This document shows, in pieces, positions 28,919-39,090 of a stretch of DNA of 64,000 nt (position 1 is the first letter of the stretch; each line of letters opens with the position of its first letter). The position numbers were made by a program, and so were the translations under genes. The notes beneath the pieces were generated by a model. It saw only the letters and a list, made by a program, of their open reading frames with translations. It searched no databases and was not told the origin of the DNA. The stretch spans positions 7,937 through 71,936 of the forward strand of contig NZ_MKUG01000102.1 in NCBI RefSeq assembly GCF_001897685.1, given 5' to 3'. The stretch is from Thiobacillus sp. 65-1402. GTDB lineage: Bacteria; Pseudomonadota; Gammaproteobacteria; Burkholderiales; Thiobacillaceae.

Positions 28919-29899
28919 ATGACCCTGAACGCCACCCCTGCCTTGCCCAGCCTCAACCAACTCGCCGCTCCACTGGTGGAGCAACTGGTGCGTGAGGCGC
29001 AAGCACTGCGTCTGTCCGTTTCGCACCAGGCCAACGGCACCCGCATCGTCGACGCCGGAATCCAGGTGCAGGGCGGGATCGAGGCCGGCCGGCGCATCGC
29101 CGAGATCTGCCTGGGCGGCCTCGGTCGGGTCACCCTCGGCCCATCGGGCAGCTTTGCCGGCTGGCCCTGGGAGCTCGCCGTGTCGACCGCGCAGCCGGTG
29201 CTGGCCTGCCTGGGCAGCCAGTACGCCGGCTGGAGCCTGTCGCATGGCGAAGGCAAGGAAGGTTTTTTCGCCCTGGGCTCCGGCCCTGGCCGCGCCCTGG
29301 CCGGCAAGGAAACGCTGTTCCAGGAACTGGGCTACCGGGATCAGGCCGAATCCGCTTGCCTGGTGCTGGAAACCGGCAAGGTTCCCCCCATCCCGCTGCT
29401 CGACAAGATCGCCGAGCAATGCGGCGTGACGCCGCAGCAGCTGACCCTGATCCTCACCCCGACCAGCAGCCTGGCCGGTTCGGTTCAGGTGGTGGCGCGG
29501 GTGCTGGAAGTGGCCCTGCACAAGGCGCATTTCCTGGGTTTCCCGGTGGAGCATATCGTCGACGGCATGGGCACGGCGCCGGTCTGCCCGCCATCTCCGG
29601 ATTTCCTCGTCGCCATGGGCCGCACCAACGACGCCATCCTGTTCGGCGGCCGCGTACACCTGTTCGTCTCCGGCGAGGAAGGGGCGGCGGAAGACCTGGC
29701 CCAGCGCATGCCCAGCGAGGCATCCAGTGACTATGGCCAGCCTTTCGCCCAGGTCTTCAAGGCGGCCGGCCATGATTTCTACAAGATCGACCCCCTGTTG
29801 TTCGCCCCCGCCTGCGTGAGCGTCACCTGCCTGACCACAGGCCGCACTTTCCGGGCCGGACATCTGAACGGGGAACTGCTGGAGCGTTCGTTCTCATGA
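28919..29899 (+). CDS. mch: Methenyl-H4MPT cyclohydrolase
   Basis: [40 protein letters not shown]. Confidence 0.95.
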   Translation: MTLNATPALPSLNQLAAPLVEQLVREAQALRLSVSHQANGTRIVDAGIQVQGGIEAGRRIAEICLGGLGRVTLGPSGSFAGWPWELAVSTAQPVLACLGSQYAGWSLSHGEGKEGFFALGSGPGRALAGKETLFQELGYRDQAESACLVLETGKVPPIPLLDKIAEQCGVTPQQLTLILTPTSSLAGSVQVVARVLEVALHKAHFLGFPVEHIVDGMGTAPVCPPSPDFLVAMGRTNDAILFGGRVHLFVSGEEGAAEDLAQRMPSEASSDYGQPFAQVFKAAGHDFYKIDPLLFAPACVSVTCLTTGRTFRAGHLNGELLERSFS

Positions 29900-30810
29900 T
29901 CGGCCGCATCGCTATCTTCACTGATGACCCGGGCTGGCACGGCAAGAAGCTCGCCCGCGCCTTCGCCGCCCGCGGCTACCAGGCCGTGAACCTGTCGCTG
30001 AGCGAATGCCGGGTGGATCTGGAGCGCGGCATCGCCGGCCTGGTGCTGCCGGGTTTCGAGGATCGCCTGCCGGACGGCGCTTTCGTGCGCGGCGTGTCCG
30101 GCGGCACCCTGGAGCAGGTGATCCTGCGCCTGGATTTCCTGCACGCCCTGCCCGCCGCCGGCGTACCCGTATACAACCCGGTGCGCGCCATCGAAACCAG
30201 CGTGGACAAGGCCATGACCAGCCTGCTGCTGCACCGGGCCGGGGTGCCTACCCCGCCCACCTGGGTAATGGAGTCCGCAGCGCAGGCCCGCGCCCTGCTG
30301 ATACGGGAAGCCGCCAGCGGCCACGAGCTGGTGCTGAAGCCCCTGTTCGGCTCCCAGGGCAACGGCCTGCGCCGCCTGACCGCGCCCGCCGACCTGCCGC
30401 CGGCAGCCGAATACCGCGACGTCTACTACCTGCAGCGCTTCGTCGGCTCGGCCACCGGCAACTGGGAGGACTACCGGGTCCTGGTGGTCGGCGGGCGCAG
30501 CCGCGCCGCCATGATCCGCCGTGGCGCCAGCTGGATCAACAACGTGGCGCAGGGCGCCCGCTGCCTGCCGGCGCCGGCGGACCCGGCGTTGTTCCGGATG
30601 GCGGAGGCGGCCAGCCAGGCCCTCGGCATGGCGTACGCCGGCGTCGACCTGATGCGCGACCGGGACGGCCGCCTTACGGTGATCGAGGTCAACAGCATCC
30701 CGGCCTGGCGCGGTCTGCAAACGGTCGTGAAAGACGACGTGGCCACCCTGCTGGTGAACGATTTTCTCGACCAGCACGTGAAAACCGCCTTGCGGGAGCG
30801 TTACGCATGA
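29896..30810 (+). CDS. RimK-like ATP-grasp ligase (Orf5-like, cofactor glutamylation)
   Basis: [31 protein letters not shown]. Confidence 0.85.
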   Translation: MIGRIAIFTDDPGWHGKKLARAFAARGYQAVNLSLSECRVDLERGIAGLVLPGFEDRLPDGAFVRGVSGGTLEQVILRLDFLHALPAAGVPVYNPVRAIETSVDKAMTSLLLHRAGVPTPPTWVMESAAQARALLIREAASGHELVLKPLFGSQGNGLRRLTAPADLPPAAEYRDVYYLQRFVGSATGNWEDYRVLVVGGRSRAAMIRRGASWINNVAQGARCLPAPADPALFRMAEAASQALGMAYAGVDLMRDRDGRLTVIEVNSIPAWRGLQTVVKDDVATLLVNDFLDQHVKTALRERYA

Positions 30811-31724
30811 ACGTGCGCCTGTCCCCCCTGCCCGACACCACCGAGTTTGCGGAAGCCTTCCGCACTGCCTGCGAACTCGACGTGCTCGCGTTCAAGCCCG
30901 GCAACGTCAGCGTCGAATCGCCCGGACACGGCATGCAGGCGCGCGATTTCCAGCTCAGCGCCGAAGCCGCCGCCCCGCACGTGACCGATCGCACACTGCC
31001 GCTCGGCGAACGGATCTATCGCGCGATCGCAGCGACGCGCCAGGCGGTCGGCTGCAACACCAACCTCGGCATCGTGCTGCTGGCGGTGCCGCTGATCCGT
31101 GCCGCACAGCACCGCCTGCCGCACGAATCCCTGTCGCAGCGCCTGCGCCGCGATCTCGACGAGACGACGCGCGAGGACACCGAATGGGTCTATCGCGCCA
31201 TCCGCCTGGCCGCGCCGGGCGGACTCGGCAGCAGCCCGCGCCACGATGTCCACGCCGCCCCCACCGTGAACCTGCTGTCGGCCATGCGCGAAGCCGCGCA
31301 GCGCGACCGCATCGCCGGCCAGTACGCCAGCGGCTATGCCGATGTCTTTCGCTTCGGCGTGGACGCGCTGAGACAAGGGCGCACTCGCTGGGGCGAGGAA
31401 ACGCAGGCGCTGACCGACGTCTACCTGGCCTACCTGAGCGGCTTCCCCGACAGCCACGTGCTGCGCAAATTCGGTGCGCCTACCGCGGCGCAGGTGCAGC
31501 GCATGGCCTGCGGCTGCGTCGCCGACATGGCGCCATGCCCCGACTGGAACCGTGCCCGGCGGCACCTCGCGAATCTCGATCGAGGCTTGAAATCGGCCGG
31601 CGTCAACCCCGGCACCAGCGCCGATCTGACCGTCGCCACCTGGCTCGCGGATCGCCTGCTGTCGGCGGCGGCAACCGACCCCGCCGAGACCAGCCGGCCC
31701 GCGGGAGGGCAACCGGATATTTGA
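30807..31724 (+). CDS. CitG-like protein (Orf7-like)
   Basis: KPGNV, NTNLGI, DSHVLRKFG, NPGTSADL. Confidence 0.85.
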   Translation: MNVRLSPLPDTTEFAEAFRTACELDVLAFKPGNVSVESPGHGMQARDFQLSAEAAAPHVTDRTLPLGERIYRAIAATRQAVGCNTNLGIVLLAVPLIRAAQHRLPHESLSQRLRRDLDETTREDTEWVYRAIRLAAPGGLGSSPRHDVHAAPTVNLLSAMREAAQRDRIAGQYASGYADVFRFGVDALRQGRTRWGEETQALTDVYLAYLSGFPDSHVLRKFGAPTAAQVQRMACGCVADMAPCPDWNRARRHLANLDRGLKSAGVNPGTSADLTVATWLADRLLSAAATDPAETSRPAGGQPDI

Positions 31725-31835
31725 TGTTTCGAAACGTCTTCCAGGCGTTGCAACAAGCGGCCCGCCGGCGGATAACTCGGCGCCGGCGGGCCGCTCCAAT
31801 CCAACCGAGTCTGTGCAATTCAAGGAGAGAGAAAG

Positions 31836-32348
31836 ATGGCTAAAATCGATCGCGTAATGGTAGGCGAGTCCCTGGTGGGCGACGGCAACGAAGTGGCGCA
31901 CATCGACCTGATCATGGGACCCCGCGGCAGCGCCGTCGAAGCGGCGTTCTGCAATGGTCTGGTCAACAACAAGGACGGCTTCACCTCGCTGTTGGCGGTG
32001 GTGGCCCCCAACCTGCCCTGCAAGCCCAACACCATGATGTTCAACAAGGTGACCATCAAGGGCGCCAAGCAGGCAGTGCAGATGTTCGGCCCGGCCCAGC
32101 GCGGCGTCGCCATGGCAGTGGCGGATTGCGTCGAAGACGGCACCATCCCCGCCGACGAGGCCGACGACCTCTTCATCTGCGTGGGCGTGTTCATTCACTG
32201 GGAAGCCGCCGACGACGCCAAGATCCAGGACTACAACTACGAAGCCACCAAGCAGTCCATCAAGCGCGCCGTTGCCGGCACGCCCACGGCAGCGGAAGTC
32301 GTGTCCAAGAAAGGTAGCGCGGGTCACCCGTTCGCCGCCCACAACTGA
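31836..32348 (+). CDS. fae: Formaldehyde-activating enzyme (canonical)
   Basis: [41 protein letters not shown]. Confidence 0.96.
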   Translation: MAKIDRVMVGESLVGDGNEVAHIDLIMGPRGSAVEAAFCNGLVNNKDGFTSLLAVVAPNLPCKPNTMMFNKVTIKGAKQAVQMFGPAQRGVAMAVADCVEDGTIPADEADDLFICVGVFIHWEAADDAKIQDYNYEATKQSIKRAVAGTPTAAEVVSKKGSAGHPFAAHN

Positions 32349-32361
32349 TCGGGAGAGCGTC

Positions 32362-33594
32362 GTGCGTTGCCTAGAGTGCGGAACCACGGTAATGGAACTC
32401 GACAACGAGCATCTGTTCGCCTGCTGCGGTCTCACCTTGCAGGAGTACGCCCTGCGCCACGCGCTGCCGCTCGACCTGTTGGTGACGCCGGACAGGATCG
32501 GGGCGGCGGATGCCGCTCCCCTTCCGCCCATGCCCGTCGCCGTGCCGGACGAAACCGCGCGCGCGGTTCTCGCCGGCCTGCGTCTGGCCGGCAAGGTCGA
32601 CGACAGCGGCGCGCTGTGCCGGGTCGAGGGCGAGATCGCCTGGCTGGATCTGCTGTTCTGCGATCTGGCACAACTCGCGCCCTACGGTTTCCGCTTCCGC
32701 CAGGAATATCACTACGCGCCCGGTACCCACCGGGTCGTGGCGAAGAACCGTCTGGTAACGCAAAAACGCAATCTGGTCGGCCCCTGGCTACCCGCCAGGG
32801 TGCCCCCGCCGGAACGGCGTATGAAATACGCAACCTATCTGGCCCATGCCGGCGAATTGCATGCCGGCTACCTATTTCTCCCCTTCGCATCGCCCGACGA
32901 TGCGGAGGATGCAGCCGAATATCTGGCGCGCGAGCTGGGCGTGGCCACCCGCGCCCTGAGCCACGACCTCGGCATCGGCGCGCCCCTGCTGCGCACGCTG
33001 ACACGCGCCGACACCGCGCGCCTGCTCGACGGCCTGCAGGCCGAGCTGGAGGCGATGCCCGGCGTCTGGGCGCGCCTCCATCCGGATACTCCGGAAGTGA
33101 CGGTAAGCAAGGAAGTGGTATTCGATTCCGCCCACTTCCTCACCGACCATCCCGCCAAGTGCAGCAACCTGCACGGCGGCCGCTACGTGCTGCATGTGAA
33201 GGTGCGTGGCCGAATCGATCCGATCACCGGCTGCGTGCTCGATTACGGCTACCTCAAGCGGGTGGTGAACGCCCGCGTGGTCGAACGCTTCGACCACCAC
33301 ACCCTGAACTACGCCGGCCCGGAGCTGGCCTGGCGCTCCACCACCGAACTCCTCAGCGTCTACATCTGGGAGCGCCTGATCGATTTCCTGCCCGAGCTGT
33401 GCGAGCTCACCCTCTACGAAACGCCGCAGTCATGGTGTCAATACGCCGGCCCCGATCTGGAAACCTGGCACAGCCAGGGCAGCCAGCCCCTGCTCGGCCG
33501 CTTTACCGATCCGGCTCTGGGGCGCTCGCCCTGGCGTCAGTGGTTGCGTTCCTGGGACGATCATCATGAAAAGCGGCGAGCTCGGCGCGACTGA
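32362..33594 (+). CDS. Fusion of N-terminal Zn-finger-like region, unknown middle domain and C-terminal PTPS/QueD-like domain
   Basis: CLECG..HL..CGLTLQEY; C-terminal FDSAHFL..KCSNLHGGRY, FDHHTLN, TTELL, LYETP; GTG start after GGGAGA. Confidence 0.75.
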   Translation: MRCLECGTTVMELDNEHLFACCGLTLQEYALRHALPLDLLVTPDRIGAADAAPLPPMPVAVPDETARAVLAGLRLAGKVDDSGALCRVEGEIAWLDLLFCDLAQLAPYGFRFRQEYHYAPGTHRVVAKNRLVTQKRNLVGPWLPARVPPPERRMKYATYLAHAGELHAGYLFLPFASPDDAEDAAEYLARELGVATRALSHDLGIGAPLLRTLTRADTARLLDGLQAELEAMPGVWARLHPDTPEVTVSKEVVFDSAHFLTDHPAKCSNLHGGRYVLHVKVRGRIDPITGCVLDYGYLKRVVNARVVERFDHHTLNYAGPELAWRSTTELLSVYIWERLIDFLPELCELTLYETPQSWCQYAGPDLETWHSQGSQPLLGRFTDPALGRSPWRQWLRSWDDHHEKRRARRD

Positions 33595-34264
33595 GCGCAC
33601 CATCGTGGAGAGCCGAGGCCAGCAGCACGCCGGCCATCCCGGCCCTGGCCAGCGCGGCGAGATCCGCCGCGTGGCGCACGCCGCCGGCCGCATACAGCCG
33701 GCAGGCCGGATTCAGGCGCCGCAATTGCGCCAGGCGTGCCAGGTCGGGGCCGGCGCCGGCCCCGACCCGCGCCAGCGTCATGGCGACCACATCGTCCGGC
33801 CAGCGCGCCGCATCGCGCAACAGATCGGCCGGTCCGAGAAAATCCTTGCCGCGGTAATCCAGCGACAACACGCTGCCATCGGGGTAATCGCCGCGTGCGG
33901 GCGCTTCAGCCAGGCTCTCGCTGCCCAGCACCGGCCGCCGCAAGCCGCCGCGTCGCCAGCTTGCGGCGGCAGCGACATCGGCAAAACCGGCATCGACCCA
34001 CCATTCCAGAGCCGGATGGGCACGCTGCAGACTTTCCAGCGCGGCCCGGTGATCGCCCCGGCCGAGAATGGCATCCAGGTCGGCAATATAGAACCGGCGG
34101 AACGGATACAGCGCGAGCAACCCCTCCACCACGGCCTCGGGCCGGCTGGAGCCGCACAACACGGAGCGCAGCGGCCGGTATTCGTCACGCCGGCCGGCCC
34201 GCGCGCGTACCACCTGCCCGCCCATCAGGTCGAGCACGGGAATCAGGCTTAAGAAAGCGGTCAT
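33503..34264 (-). CDS. HisA/HisF-like TIM barrel (Orf17-like)
   Basis: IPVLDLMGGQVVRA, YIADLDAI, AAGGVR. Confidence 0.85.
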   Translation of the reverse strand: MTAFLSLIPVLDLMGGQVVRARAGRRDEYRPLRSVLCGSSRPEAVVEGLLALYPFRRFYIADLDAILGRGDHRAALESLQRAHPALEWWVDAGFADVAAAASWRRGGLRRPVLGSESLAEAPARGDYPDGSVLSLDYRGKDFLGPADLLRDAARWPDDVVAMTLARVGAGAGPDLARLAQLRRLNPACRLYAAGGVRHAADLAALARAGMAGVLLASALHDGALSRAELAAFHDDRPRNATTDARASAPEPDR

Positions 34265-35237
34265 GAAGGTTTTCGTCTTCGAATTCGTCACCGGCGGCGG
34301 CTATGCCGGACAGGCGCTGCCCGACTTCCTGGGCGACGGCGAGTTGATGTGGCTGGCGCTGGTCGATGATCTCATCGCACTGCCGGGAATGGAAGTCCTG
34401 ACCCTGCGCGATGCGCGCCTCGCCATGCCGGAACGGCCCGGCCTGACGGTCGTTGCCACCGATGCGGCACGCTTCCGCTTCGATTTCACGCGCTGCCTTG
34501 ACGCAGCCGACGCGGCCTGGATGGTGGCACCGGAAAGCGACGGCCTGCTGGAATCCCTCAACCGGCAGGTCGAGGCCGCCGGCAAACGGCTGCTGGGCTG
34601 CCGGCCGGACGCGGTGCGCCTCGCCGCCAGCAAGCACGCCACCGCCGCCCGCCTGGCCGGGGCCGGGGTGGCGACGGTACCCACCTTCGCCACCCCCGAC
34701 CTGCTGACGGGCGCCGTGGTGGCCAAGCCCGACGACGGTATCGGCTGCGAGGACACCCTGCTGTTTGCCGATGCCGCCGCTGCGCAGGCCTGGCATGACA
34801 CCCATCCCTGCGCGGTGCATGTGTTTCAGCCTTACGTCGCAGGCGCGAGCCTGTCGCTCTCCCTGCTGTGCTGCGACGGACAGGCACAACTGCTGAGCGT
34901 GAACCGCCAGCATGTCGGACTGGCTGGCGACCGCTTTGAATTCCATGGCGTGACCGTCAATGCGCTGGACGACGGCGATGGACGTTACGCCGCACTGGCC
35001 GCACGGGTGGCAGCCGCGATCCCCGGCCTGTGGGGCTATGTCGGCGTCGACCTGATCGCCGGCGCTTTCGGCCCGATGGTGCTGGAGGTGAATCCGCGCG
35101 CGACCGTTTCCTACGCCGGCCTGCACACGGCGCTCGACTGCAACCCGGCGCAACGCGTGCTCGCGCTGCCGGAGATGCGTGCCTGCCGCGGCCTGCGCCC
35201 CATCACCCTGGAGACGGCCCATGCCTGCGCCGACTGA
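34263..35237 (+). CDS. ATP-grasp protein (Orf1/MfnD-like)
   Basis: FEFVTGGG, APESDGLL, KPDDGIGC, GYVGVD, EVNPR. Confidence 0.85.
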   Translation: MKVFVFEFVTGGGYAGQALPDFLGDGELMWLALVDDLIALPGMEVLTLRDARLAMPERPGLTVVATDAARFRFDFTRCLDAADAAWMVAPESDGLLESLNRQVEAAGKRLLGCRPDAVRLAASKHATAARLAGAGVATVPTFATPDLLTGAVVAKPDDGIGCEDTLLFADAAAAQAWHDTHPCAVHVFQPYVAGASLSLSLLCCDGQAQLLSVNRQHVGLAGDRFEFHGVTVNALDDGDGRYAALAARVAAAIPGLWGYVGVDLIAGAFGPMVLEVNPRATVSYAGLHTALDCNPAQRVLALPEMRACRGLRPITLETAHACAD

Positions 35238-36285
35238 CATCACGATCGGCTGGGACGTCGGCGGTGCGCACCTGAAGGCCGCACGCATCGAGGCCGACGG
35301 CCGCGTCTCGATGGTCTGGCAGGAGCCGTGTCCGCTCTGGCGCGGCCTGGAGCATCTGCACGCGTCCCTCGACCGGGTCCTGGCCGGGAATGCCGCGTGG
35401 CCAGATTCTCCGCTCCGCCACGCCGTCACCATGAGCGGCGAGATGACCGACCTGTTCGCCACCCGCAGGGACGGCGTGCATGCCCTGGTCGAACTGCTGT
35501 GCCAGCGCCTCGGCAGCGGCGGCGTCCGCTTCTATGCCGGCGCCGAGGGCTGGCTCGATGGCGCTTCCGCGCGCCTGCACCCCTACCAGGTCGCCTCGGC
35601 CAACTGGCGCGCCACCGCCGATCTGGTGGCAGTGCGCCTGGGCGAGGCGCTGCTGGTGGATATCGGCAGCACCACCACCGACATCGTCCCGCTGCGCGGC
35701 CACAAGGTGGCCACCGCCAGTGCCAGCGACAGCGACCGCCTGGCGGCCGGCGAACTGGTCTATACCGGCATCGCGCGAACCCCGCTCATGGCCATGAGCG
35801 CGGAAGCGCCGGTGGCGGGACGCTGGCTGCCGCTCATGGCAGAACACTTCGCCACCAGCGCGGACGTCCATCGGGTGCTCGGCTGGCTGCCCGACGGCGC
35901 CGATCTGCACGACAGCGCCGATGGCGGTCCCAAGACCGTCGCGGCCAGCCGTGCCCGGCTGGCGCGCATGGTCGGACGCGATGCCGGCGACCTGTCCGAT
36001 GCGGCCTGGGCGGAACTGGCCGCCTGGTTCGCCGACGCACAACTGGAACGCATCGGCCGCGCCATCCGGCAAGTGCTGTCACGCGTACCGATCGACCCGC
36101 ATGCCCCCCTGGTGATGGCGGGCGCCGGCACTTTCCTCGGCCCGCGCCTGGCGGCAAGGAGCGGACGCCCGGTGCTGAACTTCTCGCAGCTGCCGGTAGC
36201 CGGCTCGCTGGTCGAGCACATCGACTGGTGCGCGCCGGCCGTGGCTGCGGGCCTGCTGCTGGCTGGAGAAAAATCATGCTGCTGA
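35221..36285 (+). CDS. Hydantoinase/oxoprolinase-like protein (Orf9/MfnF-like)
   Basis: GWDVGGAHLK, TMSGEM, ASANW, DIGSTTTDI. Confidence 0.85.
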   Translation: MPAPTDITIGWDVGGAHLKAARIEADGRVSMVWQEPCPLWRGLEHLHASLDRVLAGNAAWPDSPLRHAVTMSGEMTDLFATRRDGVHALVELLCQRLGSGGVRFYAGAEGWLDGASARLHPYQVASANWRATADLVAVRLGEALLVDIGSTTTDIVPLRGHKVATASASDSDRLAAGELVYTGIARTPLMAMSAEAPVAGRWLPLMAEHFATSADVHRVLGWLPDGADLHDSADGGPKTVAASRARLARMVGRDAGDLSDAAWAELAAWFADAQLERIGRAIRQVLSRVPIDPHAPLVMAGAGTFLGPRLAARSGRPVLNFSQLPVAGSLVEHIDWCAPAVAAGLLLAGEKSCC

Positions 36286-37700
36286 CTGCCCTTCCCTACC
36301 GCGCGGACAGCGCCGAGCTGTTCGAAGCCATCGCCGACGAACCGTGGGCGGTGTTTCTCGACAGCGGCCGGCCGCGCAGCACCGCCGGACGCATCGACAT
36401 CCTCGCCGCCCGCCCGAGCGCCACGCTGGTCACCCGTGGCGGCATGAGCGAGATACGCCGCCACGACGGCACCGGCCCGCCCGTCAGCCTCTCCCCCGAC
36501 GATCCGTTCGACCTGCTGCGCCAGGCCCTCGCTGCCGACGGCCTGCCTGGCCCGCTGCCGTTCACTGGCGGCGCCATCGGCTACTTCGGCTACGACCTCG
36601 CGCGCCGCATCGAACGCCTGCCGCGCCTCGCGCACGACGCCGAAGCCATTCCCGATATGGCAGTCGGCATCTACGACTGGGCCGTCGTGGTCGATCACGA
36701 GCAGCGCGCAAGCTGGCTGGTCGGCGCCGGGCGCGACCCCCGCACCGCAGCCACCTGGGATCGGCTGGCCACCCTGTTCGGCAACGCCCCCGGCGCTGCC
36801 GCAGCGGCGCAGCGGCGCCCGTTCCGGGTGGGCACGGTGAGCTGCAATTTCACCCGCGACGCCTACCGCCGGGCCTTCAGCCAGATCCAGCGCTACATCG
36901 CCGCCGGCGACTGCTACCAGGTCAACCTCGCGCAACGCTTCGCCGCGCCCGCCACCGGCGATCCATGGCTCGGCTACCAGGCCCTGCGCCGGCTCAACCC
37001 GGCACCGTATTCGGCCTACCTCAACCTGCCCGACGTCCGCATCCTGTCATCGTCGCCGGAACGCTTCCTGGAAGTGAAACAGGGACACGTCGAGACCAAA
37101 CCGATCAAGGGCACGCGCCCGCGCGCCGCTGCGCCCGAGGCGGATTCGATGCTGGCGCGGGAATTGCGCGACAGCCTGAAGGACCGCGCCGAGAACCTGA
37201 TGATCGTGGACCTCCTGCGCAACGACCTCGGCAAGGTATGCGCGCCGGGCTCGGTGGCGGTGCCGCGCCTGTTCGAGATCGAGAGCTTCGCGACGGTGCA
37301 CCATCTGGTGAGCACGGTGACCGGGCGTCTTGCCGGGAACGTGGATGCGGCGGCGCTGCTGCGCGCGTCGTTCCCGGGCGGCTCGATCACCGGGGCGCCG
37401 AAGCTGCGCGCCATGCAGATCATCGAGGAACTGGAGCCGGACCGGCGCGGCGTGTATTGCGGAGCAGTGGGCTGGCTTGGGTTCAACGGCAACATGGACA
37501 GCAACATCGCGATCCGCACCCTGGTCCTGGCGCGCGACACGCTGCGCTTCTGGGCCGGCGGCGGCATCGTCGCCGACTCGAAAGCCGACGAGGAGTATCA
37601 GGAATGCCTCGACAAGGCGGCTGCCATGCTCCGGCTGGTGTGCGAATCAGGCGGCGGAATGGCCGCCACGCAAGCGGAGGAACAATGCTCCGAGTCGTGA
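36276..37700 (+). CDS. pabB: Aminodeoxychorismate synthase component I
   Basis: GDCYQVNL, SSSPERFL, PIKGTRPR, ENLMIVDLLRND, GSITGAPK. Confidence 0.9.
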   Translation: MLLTALPYRADSAELFEAIADEPWAVFLDSGRPRSTAGRIDILAARPSATLVTRGGMSEIRRHDGTGPPVSLSPDDPFDLLRQALAADGLPGPLPFTGGAIGYFGYDLARRIERLPRLAHDAEAIPDMAVGIYDWAVVVDHEQRASWLVGAGRDPRTAATWDRLATLFGNAPGAAAAAQRRPFRVGTVSCNFTRDAYRRAFSQIQRYIAAGDCYQVNLAQRFAAPATGDPWLGYQALRRLNPAPYSAYLNLPDVRILSSSPERFLEVKQGHVETKPIKGTRPRAAAPEADSMLARELRDSLKDRAENLMIVDLLRNDLGKVCAPGSVAVPRLFEIESFATVHHLVSTVTGRLAGNVDAAALLRASFPGGSITGAPKLRAMQIIEELEPDRRGVYCGAVGWLGFNGNMDSNIAIRTLVLARDTLRFWAGGGIVADSKADEEYQECLDKAAAMLRLVCESGGGMAATQAEEQCSES

Positions 37701-38317
37701 AACTGGGCGGCAGTCTGCACGATTCGCCGTGGCTCACCAGCTGGCTCGACGCACTGGCGCAGGCCGGCGGCCGCGTCGTGCTGGTACCCGGCGGCGGTCC
37801 GTTCGCCGACGCGGTGCGTGCGGCGCAGCGGCGCTGCCATTTCAGCGATGCCGCGGCGCATCGCCTGAGCCTGCTCGCCATGGAGCAATACGGCCTGATG
37901 CTGTGCGACCTGGAGCCGGGCCTGCTCCCCGCCGCCACGCCCCAGGTGATCACTGACGCCATCGCGCATGGCCGCACGCCGGTCTGGCTGCCTTCTAGCA
38001 TGTGTCTGGGCGCGTCCGACATCCCGGAAAGCTGGTCGGTGACCTCCGACAGCCTGGCGGTCTGGCTCGCGCACCACCTCGGCGCAGAAGCGCTGGCGCT
38101 GATCAAGCACGGCGAGAGCGACGCCGGCGATATCCGGGCGCTGGCCGATGCCGGCCTGGTCGACAGCGCCTTTCCCGGTTTCGCGGCCCGCTACGCCAAA
38201 CCGATCCACATCCTCAGCCACTGCGCCCCCGCCACCCTGGACGACTGGCTGGCCTGGCCGATGGCGGCCCCCGTTTCGTCGAGAGAAGCGCACGACGCCT
38301 GCAGGCATGGGCAGTAA
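37685..38317 (+). CDS. Amino-acid-kinase-family protein (Orf21/MfnE-like)
   Basis: VVKLGGSL, PGGGPFAD, SWSVTSDSLA. Confidence 0.85.
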   Translation: MLRVVKLGGSLHDSPWLTSWLDALAQAGGRVVLVPGGGPFADAVRAAQRRCHFSDAAAHRLSLLAMEQYGLMLCDLEPGLLPAATPQVITDAIAHGRTPVWLPSSMCLGASDIPESWSVTSDSLAVWLAHHLGAEALALIKHGESDAGDIRALADAGLVDSAFPGFAARYAKPIHILSHCAPATLDDWLAWPMAAPVSSREAHDACRHGQ

Positions 38318-38425
38318 AGCGGATCGGACATTGCCGCCAGCGGCCAGCCGCATCACCGCCCGATGCGCAGACAGGAAGCGGATGGTGCGGCGCGACGCCA
38401 AAAAGCAGGAACGAGAGAAAGTCCG

Positions 38426-39046
38426 ATGAACCCCATGAATGAATCAACCCAGCCTGCCCCCATGAAAACAAACCCTGTCCGTACTGTCCGCGAAGGCGAC
38501 CATAACCTTGCGGGCTGGAGCGTAAACCTGCTGGGCGCGCTGCTGCTGGCGCTCGGCGCATCCTCGCCCGCCGCCGGCCTGCCTCCCCTGTCCCACAGCC
38601 TGACCGCGACAGCGGCAAAAAACCCCGCCCCGGCACTGAATCTGCGGGATCTCGATGGCCAGCCCCACGACCTGGCGGCGCTCAAGGGCAAGGTCGTTCT
38701 GGTCAACTTCTGGGCCACCTGGTGCCCGCCCTGCCGCCGCGAAATGCCGTCGATGGAACGCCTGGCGCAAAAGCTGCGCGGGGATAATTTCGTCGTTCTG
38801 GCAGTGGACGTGGGCGAGGACGCCGACACCGTCCATGCCTTCAGCAGCCGGATGGAAACTCCCCCCTCCTTTCCGATCCTGCTCGACCCCCATGGCAGGA
38901 CCATGCAGGCGTGGGGGGTGGCCGGCTTGCCGACCACCTATCTGATCGACCGGCAGGGCCGCATCGTTGCCGGCGCAATCGGCGGACGTGAATTCGACCA
39001 CCCGGAAATCGAACGGGCGGTGCGCGACCTGCTCAAGCGCGACTGA
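38426..39046 (+). CDS. TlpA/ResA-like thiol-disulfide oxidoreductase
   Basis: VNFWATWCPPCRREMP, GLPTTYLID; start uncertain. Confidence 0.85.
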   Translation: MNPMNESTQPAPMKTNPVRTVREGDHNLAGWSVNLLGALLLALGASSPAAGLPPLSHSLTATAAKNPAPALNLRDLDGQPHDLAALKGKVVLVNFWATWCPPCRREMPSMERLAQKLRGDNFVVLAVDVGEDADTVHAFSSRMETPPSFPILLDPHGRTMQAWGVAGLPTTYLIDRQGRIVAGAIGGREFDHPEIERAVRDLLKRD

Positions 39047-39090
39047 GCGGACGGCGGCCAAGTGTCACGCCCACAGACGAGGCCTCAATC

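Noticed and set aside
32362-33594. Intein within the PTPS fusion
   Set aside because: No Hint motifs or His-Asn/Cys-Ser-Thr splice junction before the PTPS domain
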